DNA from: Tubiluchus corallicola
Lineage: Eukaryota; Animalia; Priapulida
Direction: 5' to 3'
DNA: 64,000 nt
NCBI GenBank assembly: GCA_030141605.1
Contig: JAQGDQ010000636.1
Coordinates: 58,002-122,001, forward strand
Translations under genes and position numbers: made by a program
Shown here: positions 36,636 to 46,288 of the stretch, in pieces
Layout of the letters: each line of letters opens with the position of its first letter
Position numbering within the stretch: the first letter of the stretch is position 1
The notes under the pieces: model-generated
The model's input: the letters and a program-made list of their open reading frames with translations, nothing else
The model's database searches: none
Told to the model about the DNA's origin: nothing

Positions 36636-36819
36636 CACTCCATATATCTGATCCCCATCCTACAAGAGTAATTACTCGGTTCATGTAACTAATTCTGTCA
36701 GATATAGGTAGTTTTGCAGGTCGAATATATTCGCTGAACTCAACAAGTTGGTTTAATCGCAGAAAAGCAATATCATTGTTAGGCTCATCATATCCTTCAT
36801 GAATTTTGTAAAAGTGAAC
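36636..36819 (-). CDS. Trypsin-fold protease, exon 5 (catalytic Asp102)
   Basis: Bounded by ttgcag|gtt and g|gtatgc; 184 nt. VHFYKIHEGYDEPNNDIAFLRLNQLVEFSEYIRPAKLP...TLVGWGSDIWS (NDIA.L.L and GWG motifs). Confidence 0.9.
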
Positions 36820-37625
36820 CTGCAATAACAAAAACAACTAAAATTTAGAGACACTTGCATGTACTTCAATCTAACTTGTCATTAGATATCAGAAAATGAC
36901 TAAATATCAAATCCAGGCCTAAGTGACTGTAAGCAAATTGGGGAAGGGGGTGCAAAAACATCCTTCATTAAACTGCTGTTTGGTGCTTCACCAGAGGAGA
37001 GGGGTTCTGACTTTCAGGAAAAAATAATTGCCGGGCTAATAATTGTTTCCCATGAGGTAAAGCATAAACAATAAAGCACTGTTGAAATGAATCAGGAAAT
37101 GAAAACCGGAAATCTCTGTAAGCGATTTTGTATGAGTAAAAACAACAAGTAAAGAAACCTGAACCCTATCACAACTTAACCTGTGAAACATTATTTGCAT
37201 TGTTTGTAAGCCCTAGAGTAACTGATTAAATGGGCAGGATTTTCTAGAGGACTAAAAAATGAAGAAATAACCAGAAAATTAGGGAAGGGGTGTGCAAAAA
37301 CATCTATAATTCACTGCTGTTTGATGCTTCACCAGAGGAGACTGATTCGCCTGCAGGAAGCAGCCTAAGCTAAGTGATTAAATGAACAGAGTTTTCTGGA
37401 AGACTGAAAAGACTAATGAGAGTCGAGATATTTGTAGAAATTAGTTTCATGTAAATCTGAGGATTTAACTCCGTTCCAACAGAAACGTTTACAAGGTTAC
37501 AAGGAAAAATGTTAAAGATACATATCTCAATAAAAGTAACTTATGTTACTAATGGCGTAGAAAAATGACATCAAGATGTTGCTAAACACTTCATATTATA
37601 CCGTGTGATGGAAGATAAAACTTAC

Positions 37626-37701
37626 ATAGCGTTCTGCTCTTGGTTGATTTAAATGGATGCTTCCAAGAAATGCCGTAATGTGTCGCCCTGGTGCTATGTG
37701 A
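37626..37701 (-). CDS. Trypsin-fold protease, exon 4
   Basis: Bounded by tttgcag|t and tat|gtaag; 76 nt, phases 2 and 0 fit its neighbours. HIAPGRHITAFLGSIHLNQPRAERY. Confidence 0.8.
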
Positions 37702-38075
37702 CTGCAAAATAATTATAACTGCATGTAAGCAATTGTAAACCTCATATTTTAAATACTTCAATTCAACTACAATTGCATCTTAGATTTCTCACTCTGAAAA
37801 ACCATAAGGCCTGAATTGTTACAAGTAATAAAATTAGTTGCTGAAAACACCTTGTACAAAAGCGACCTCTAGAATATTGATTACTGGAGGAAGCAGCATG
37901 ACGTACACACACTTGTGTACACGTCTCTGGTATTTTTGTGCGACTTTAATTGCTATTATGCTAATGGTAACCGAAATAAAAATCTATACAAATCTATATG
38001 AAAAAACTGTCTACAGATATATAATTTATTTTAAGCACTATGTCGTACACACCACATCATAGCATGAATACTTAC

Positions 38076-38185
38076 TCTCTAAACATGTGAGCTACCGTTA
38101 GAACATGTCTGTCATCGATAAGCACTCCTCCACCTTCGATGGTACCACCAGTATCCCAAGGAAAAGCAGGACGACTTAGCCTAAC
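38076..38185 (-). CDS. Trypsin-fold protease, exon 3 (catalytic His57)
   Basis: Bounded by ttttaag|gtt and ga|gtaagt; 110 nt. VRLSRPAFPWDTGGTIEGGGVLIDDRHVLTVAHMFR, compared with the canonical CGG.LI...WVLTAAHC. Confidence 0.88.
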
Positions 38186-39923
38186 CTTAAAAATGCGTAA
38201 TTGTTACTACACACTGAGAGTTTATGATTATCACTGCTGCATCAACAAAAGACGTTAGTTAATTCCTTCCCGATTGGCACATACATTTACCCATTATTTG
38301 TGAGGGGCAAAAACAATACCTTATTAGCTAACTTACAACTCTCTAAATTCAATAAAATTTGGAAAAGAAACGACTAACGTACAAGTAAATCATATCAAAA
38401 CAAAATAAGTTCTGTTCCTTTCTTCCTTTTCTAAATTTAAATAAGTTGTTTCGCAAACTAATAGATAAAAATTTTGCTTTGCACTTCTGCAGTAACTCGG
38501 GGTGGAATCGACGTTTATTAGCTCCGACTATTATTAGGACGCCAAGGTAATTTTTGCGACACCTGGGCGTGTACTCACAGAATGTAACAGCAGCTTGTGT
38601 TGTTCAGTTTTGTAAGCTGACTTGGTGTTTCTTTTGCATAATCAACTCACAGCCAATCCTTAAAGCTTATCAGCGATTGAAATGCCTAGAAACTATAAGT
38701 TCATTATCTTATAACTAGTATGCATTTATTTGTGGTATGTTATTACATGAAAAATTGCATGCATTGTATGCGTTTTTTTAAATTTGGAAAGATTTCACGG
38801 TATGATCAGACTAGAATTATAGTTAATTTCGCAAAATGGGACAGTAACCAAATTGTTAATGTTCCATTCTGTACATTTCACTGGATAGCAGTCAGTACGC
38901 TGCTAGACTTTGTCTTTCCATCAGTGAATGTGCATTGTAATTATATACAGAGCTACTCTATGGGGATCCTGGCTGTCACTTCAACAGCGCACTGGACTGT
39001 CGTTATAACTGGCGTCCAACGTAATGTCAATCAATTTCGTCGACTGACCAATCAGCGTACAAGTTATTTCACACAGCAGCAGAGCTTAATTAATGCAGAT
39101 ACGTTCGGGACATTTAGCTACAGCTGCTTCTAACACTGGTGTGAAAAATGCTCAACTTTTCATTAGTTAGCGGGAGAAATATTGGCCTAATTCTTGATTT
39201 TATTATTGCCAATTGAAATTGCAAGTGAAATAGTGGACTTATATAGCCTTGTTTCGTTTGTAGGAAGAAATGCACAACGGTTATGTCTATGAGTTGCACT
39301 TTATATGCAGATTTTATGCTGTTTAGTTTAGTTTATGGCTTTGCAAGTTAGATAAATCAACTATGTTACTAACTTTACATAAGGACAAAACAAAATGTTC
39401 ACACAGTCAATCTTGATCGTCACAGTCAAGATTAATTCAAATGTGGCCAAAACCTATATTCTTTAGTCGAGGCAGTTATTGTTCAGTCTGAGCTATTGTC
39501 CCGAAAACCACTGAGTGTGCTTAAGTTACAGCGGAGGCAGAGCGATGACCAATATGTTTGACGTGGCCTATGGTGTAGGGCAGGCCCACCTGTAGCAAGC
39601 TGTTACATTCCTGTATTCCTGCTAAGTTTTGGACATTTTGGTATTGGGATGTCAAAACTACACAATTAGTCGCGCCGTGAAAGAGGTAATGCAAAAGCAA
39701 GAAACCTTGAATCTGTTGTGCAAAATCTTGATTTAGTTTTTGTCATAAGAACTTCTCAATGCACTTTTTAAAATCACAAAGAAAATAGTCTTTTGCACTA
39801 GTAACTTCAAGATTGTCATTTCTTTAACCCTTAAATTTGATTATAAAAATTCTAGCACCACATTTAAATTGAAATGTGAAGTAAAATAAAAAGACCTGCA
39901 AAAAGACAAATTTGAACACAAAC

Positions 39924-39988
39924 CATAAATGGAAATTCTCCTTCTTCAGCATTTTCTCCACCATGAAGTCTCGGTTCAACCAGCAGCT
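39924..39988 (-). CDS. Trypsin-fold protease, exon 2 (zymogen activation site)
   Basis: Bounded by gttacag|ag and atg|gtttgt; 65 nt. ELLVEPR-LHGGENAEEGEFPFM, compared with the canonical R-IVGG..A..GEFPW. Confidence 0.85.
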
Positions 39989-40516
39989 CTGTAACAAGTA
40001 TTGTTTTCTACTTTAAAAATAATAATAGAAAAGCAAATTTCAACTTTTCACTATCATTTTGCTTTGTAAAAAGTCGTTGATTACGTGTCCATGAAGCCAT
40101 ATTAGATGATATTCGTTTCACGTTGCAAGGTTTACAATGTCGTAGTGGGTACATAGGCCATTTTTTGGTTTTAATTTAGTTTTCAATTACTGCCACGGTG
40201 TTGCCACCTGTTTGTTTATTTAGTAGGCAGTTAACTTTTAACAGTAGTCACTCTTTTAAAATTGAAGCACCTAGTGTCCTTCAATACATTAGCATTTTGG
40301 ATAATTATTGCTGTAGTAGTTGTGTGGCATTTTACCCGCCTTATGGTTCTCTCTGCCATTGCACTATTCTCCTGACTGTGATGAGCATTATGAATGTGAA
40401 TTTCTTACGAATTTATTGTTGTGACATTGCTGTTCTTAAGGCAACTTGGAGTTCTCATTCCTGTCTATGTAACTGCTAAAGGCTCTAACAACGTAACTTG
40501 CTATTAATTAATTTCA

Positions 40517-40642
40517 AGTTTTATAATATACTCAATGCAAGTTACAAGGTTTATAATGTACTCAATGCAAGTTGCAAGGTTTATAATGTACTCAATGCAA
40601 GTTGCAAGGTTTATAATATACCCAATGCAAATTGCAAGGTTG
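40517..40642. repeat. 30-bp tandem repeat, about 4 copies (protease intron 1)
   Basis: aaggtttataatgtactcaatgcaagttgc repeated. Confidence 0.9.
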
Positions 40643-40797
40643 CATGCTCGATTAAGACATTGTCTGCTTTGACAACCTTTAATGATGTCTTGTCTCCTCA
40701 TCCATATGAGATGGTTAGAATCTAAAAAATGTTTGAAATTGCAATTTTAATGCAACTTTTAACGGAAAAATTATTCGCACGGCCAAGTGAGACTAAC

Positions 40798-40933
40798 CTT
40801 TTTCATTTATACCAGGAGTAGAATTAGAAGACTGATTCGCTGCAAAGAAACATTTGCCAGTGTGGAACCATGTGGTGAAGATGAATAGAAATGTAGTCGC
40901 AGGACAGAGTGCTGCAGGCACTAATTGCAACAT
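40798..40933 (-). CDS. Trypsin-fold protease, exon 1 (signal peptide / propeptide)
   Basis: Bounded by ttttcag|caATG and g|gttagt; 136 coding nt, phase 1 fits exon 2. MLQLVPAALCPATTFLFIFTTWFHTGKCFFAANQSSNSTPGINEK has a hydrophobic N-terminus. Exons 1-7A join to 1014 nt (337 aa). Confidence 0.72.
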
Positions 40934-41386
40934 TGCTGAAAAATGTTAATGTGAAAGTAGTAAACGATAAAGTAGTTACATAATTGTCGTAATGATCTAA
41001 AGAATATCAAAAATAACAACAAGTTCTGGTTATCATGATTGGACAATTCGACTCACTTGACGTTTCGACACAAAGAACTTTCGAAATTCATAACATTTTG
41101 GTGCAAGGAATTTTGATACATAATTAATTAGATGCGTAAGCTAAATAATGTTTTGGACATTTGAGCGCTGGCTATTAACATGCAGGTGATATTCAGAAAC
41201 ATAAGTAACTTGAATTCGATAACTGTCTACATACAAATAATTTCGATTTGGATTTTGGATTCAATGGGGCATACATAGACATTAACAAATTACCTAGTTT
41301 GTAAAACCTTGATGTCTTTTACGAAAATCAATTGAATTTGAAGTGATTGCAAATTACTTTCAGAAAGCAATTTTATCAGAAAAGTG

Positions 41387-41393
<7 letters not shown>

Positions 41394-41450
<57 letters not shown>
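41394..41450. repeat. (GA)n microsatellite with purine-rich flank
   Basis: Direct reading. Confidence 0.9.
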
Positions 41451-41458
<8 letters not shown>

Positions 41459-42281
41459 AGGGGGAGGGAGGGAAGAATAGGAGAGGACACGGAGGAGATA
41501 CGGGAGAGTCAGAGAAAAAAGAATTAGAGAGGGTAAGAAAGAGAGAAAGAGACAGACAGGAAATGAGAGGAGTGAAGAGTGAAAGAATGAGACGGGTAGG
41601 AATCACGGGTAGCAAACAGAGTAAGAGCTGCTGGATGAGGCTGAGCTCATTGAATCTGCATAGCTGGGTGATATTTTTCAGCAGCAGATTTGTTTGAGTT
41701 TTTTGGCTTGGAGAAACTGATAAAACTGACTGTTTTTAATCTTTCTGGGGGCTATACGTCTTCATCACTTTATCCAAGTATAATATTTGATAACTATAAT
41801 TTTACTCTACTGCTACTAGACAAATTTTAGTTACGGAAATCTTTTATGGCTGAAGAAAATAAAGATGAAAATGATAATGATGACGACGACGATGATGATG
41901 ATGATGATAATGATGATGATGATGATGATGATAATAATAATAATAACACTTACTTGACTTTAAATCTCGCGAAATATTTCAATGCAATTTCTCAACGTGT
42001 TTGTGAGCAGTTTTGACGATTTTTATCAAAATACCAAATTTTATGCGGCAGAATCTTATTCACCTTTAACCTGAGCCTAAGCCAGAGTCAGGCAGGACAT
42101 CACCAAGGCAACAAGGCTGATCAAGTCTGGATCGACGTCATATCTCTGTGACGTCCATGACAACACTTCTGATTCGGCTACTAAAGACTTCAGCAAGGAC
42201 TGTCAGAAGTGCATCGTTGTCTACCAGAGCGTCTTTAACGAGTTTTGGACGGAGTCAGGACTGGACACTGTGCAGTCGCAA

Positions 42282-43246
42282 GAGTAAAGGAAAGCTGTGT
42301 TAAATAGTGATTTTGATTAAATTGATGATTAAATTATTAAATTAATAATTCAAGTATAAATTCTTGACGATGCAAGTTTAAATTATCGTCGTGGCTAGAA
42401 GCCTAGTTTGGTGTGGTCACTTGATCACGTGATCGCTTTAAACACATTAAACATGTTAAAGACCAATGTTAATGAGATAAATTTAATTTTACACGAATGA
42501 AACTATTAATCAATCAGTAGAATTTTATTTTAAACAAGCATGCTAATTACAGTATTTTAGGATGGAACTTTTAATCGATCAATAGTTTGACTTGTTTAAT
42601 GCAAACTACTATATATTTTGAATCCATTACAATCTAGCTTAATATAATTAGTATCAGTTGTTTGTTTTACGCATAACTGTTTGTATAATCGTTAGCCATC
42701 GACATTGCATAGTCATTGAGTGATATTTTAAAACCTATGATCATTAGCCATCGACATAGCATAGACGTTGTAAGATATTTAAAAACCTAACCTATTTTCA
42801 GTTTATAATATTTTGAAACTGGCGTATTCTGGCCTACGATAATTAGTTATGTCAAGGCGCAATAGATGGCACCACATACGTATACGTTTGGTTTCTATAC
42901 GTGTTATGATTTACCGCGTTGTTGAAGTAAAACAGTTAATCCTGTGTATCTAACCATATATGATAAGCACTTTGTCGAATTAAATATTTAACTTTGCGTA
43001 TTTAATATTTATTTATGTAGTTATATACGCATTAGTAAATTATTTTGGTTCAGAGTTAACCAGCCCTACCATAGAAAACTTTCTTTATTAGGAAGAGAGG
43101 AGTAAAGGAAAGCCATTTTAAATAGTGATTTTGATTAAATTAGTGATTAAATTGTTAAATTAATAATTCAAGATTAAATGCTTGACGAGGCAAGATTAAA
43201 TTATTGTCGTCGCTAGAAGCCTAGTTTGGTGTGGGATCACGTGATC
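42282..43246. repeat. About 150-bp direct repeat (42282-42434 and 43100-43246), possibly LTR-derived
   Basis: gagtaaaggaaagc...taaatagtgattttgattaaat...gctagaagcctagtttggtgtgg...gatcacgtgatc occurs twice. Confidence 0.75.
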
Positions 43247-43516
43247 AGCTGATGTTCGACCGGCTGACTCAGAAGTAAAGATTGATGATGTAATCCTTAT
43301 GCGCGGAAGCTCATGGCGCATTAGGTAGTTAGAGAAAAGTGTTCTGAGACCCGCACCTCGGGGAGACCAGGAACAGACTTGAAGACGGAGGGCTGGCATT
43401 ATTATCCTCTTACATTTACCATGTTGTGTTTAATATTTAATAAATGTATAGTTCATTAAATAAAGTCTTGATAGTTTGCCATGCCCATCGTGGCTGTCTC
43501 ACACGCCACACGATAA

Positions 43517-44012
43517 ACAACAATAATCAGCAAGCAGCTTTAATCGCTATAATAAACAGACTTTAATGCAACCACTATACCAATTATTTTACTGCAAGAA
43601 TTTATGGAAAACGTGCTTCCCTGCTGGCCAGAAGACAATTTTGCGGTGTTTACTCTGCTTTTGAGTTGCTAAAGTGCATCAGACGACAACGACATTAAGA
43701 AAGACCCTTACCTGCTAGTTTCAATGAAAAACACTCTACCTTATAATTTGCCGGGTCACCATGACCCCTACCTGCTAGCTTCATTGTGAACACTCAACCC
43801 TGTAATTTGCTGGGTCACCATGACCCCTACTTGCTAGCTTCATTGTGAACACTCAACCCTGCAATTTGCCAGGTCGCCATGACCCCTACCTGCTAGTTTC
43901 ATTGTGAACAATCTACCCTGCAATTTGCTGGGTCGCCATGACCCCTACCTGCTAGTTTCATTGTGAACAATCTACCCTGCAATTTGCCGGGTCGCCATGA
44001 CCCCTACCTGCT
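43517..44012. repeat. Composite repeat A: unique head plus 59-bp minisatellite (about 5 copies)
   Basis: Head caacaataatcagcaagcagctttaatcgctataataaac...; unit catgacccctacctgctagtttcattgtgaacactctaccctgcaatttgccgggtcgc. Second copy at about 51509-51950. Confidence 0.88.
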
Positions 44013-44490
<478 letters not shown>

Positions 44491-45072
44491 ATAATTAAGT
44501 TATAATTAACTTTTTATTAGATCAGAAATTAGTTTATCTGTTGCCTTCTAATTTGTTACTAATGCATAAATAAATGACAGTGCATTATTCATCAGTAGAT
44601 CTTGTGTAATCATTTTAGCTTATCCTATCCTAAGAATCATTTTATTTAGCACCTATGGTCAGTATTAGTATAACATCAACAACATCAAGAATCAACACAA
44701 GAATGCCAAATACAAGGACAACATACGACCATACAGTCCTGTTACTCTTATTCTAGTATTAGACTTTATAGTATACTATAGTTGTACAGCCTATAGAAAT
44801 AATTGCTGTAAAATAGTATAAAAATTTAATGAAGTAGAGCACACATTGAAAAAATTGTTTAATTTTAAATACTCAAATTAATTTTTATTTTAAACATTAA
44901 ATTGTAAATAATTAGAATTGATAATACCTCTATTAAGACATAATAAAATGAATAATAGTTAAGCTATAAAGGTGCCTTTAAATTTTCTGTTTACGTATTT
45001 TACTGCAGTATAAAAGTATATTACTATAAACGATTTTAAATTAAAGGAAATATATATTTTTGCTTTTGCATG

Positions 45073-45195
<123 letters not shown>

Positions 45196-46288
45196 AAGAG
45201 AGCAATCGATTAATACTATATGATTAAAATATATTATAGGAGTAAAATTATATAAAAATGAAGTATAATTATATGAAATTTCACTAAGCTATATAGCATA
45301 AGATGTTAAATATGTCTTTAAAGACTTACTTATAACAACAAATAATTTTTCTTACCAGTGTTTACATCAAAATTTTTGCAAGTGACCAGTTTTTGGTTAG
45401 TTACTTGTACACAAATTTGTGCAGGCTAGAAACTTTCCAAACATTCAAGAAGGGCACAAAGCAATCAAGGGTTGCACTGCATTGCATTGTACAGATTCAT
45501 ACCAATGTATACATGCATACATTATATATAATGCCACTAGGTCGGTAGAAGTATGCCTTGAAGTGGGTTGAACAGAATATATAATTAAAAACTCATTAAT
45601 CAAGGATATTGTTAAAAACATAGAGCTCAGTTTGGATTCAAACAAGATACCTAGAGATTACAACATTTCACTTATTAATTCAATTCTTTGTGATTAAGGC
45701 AGGTTCAGACTTTTTATTCTACCTCATATAGGTACAAATCTACACATCTGGAGTTACCTAGTGAAGTCTAATTCAATACATTTGAGCAAAAACTTTTCAA
45801 GTTCAATATTCTGCTAAATATGGTTTTCAAAACTATTTAGCAAGTAACTGTAATTTTAGTTTTAACATTTAAAAATATTAGTTTTACTTTCACAGCACCG
45901 AAATTTTGAATTTTTTGTTTACTAAAGTAAAATCAGTAAAATCAATTAATTTTCACATATGTAAATTACACACAGGTAATTTTACACAAATCACCTACAA
46001 ATTTTCACCACACCAAATAAAATTATAAATTACTTGTTGCATAAATAAATGACAGTACATTATTTATCAGTAGCTTTTATGCAATCATTCTAGCTTTTCC
46101 TACCTTAGCACTATTGAACTGCTTAAGGTGGCGAGAAAACACCTGGGAGTGTCTCGTGTTACTATTAGACTTCATGTACAATTTGCATCACTGTTGACAT
46201 AGAGTCTGCTTAAGTGATAACGGCTCTGTTTTGTTAAGATAGCTAGGCAGAGAAGCATAATGAATCTAAAATATCAAACCAATCTGAA

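Noticed and set aside
38480-38545. IIVGA on the minus strand as the protease IVGG N-terminus
   Set aside because: No usable splice sites or downstream PW/PF motif; the exon at 39924-39988 (R-LHGG...EFPFM) fits sequence and phase.
34830-40933. Viral (3C-like) origin of the Cys protease
   Set aside because: Six spliceosomal introns, a signal peptide, a zymogen site and S1A motifs (GWG, NDIA, ICA) indicate a host S1A gene; the similarity to 3C is limited to the nucleophile motif.
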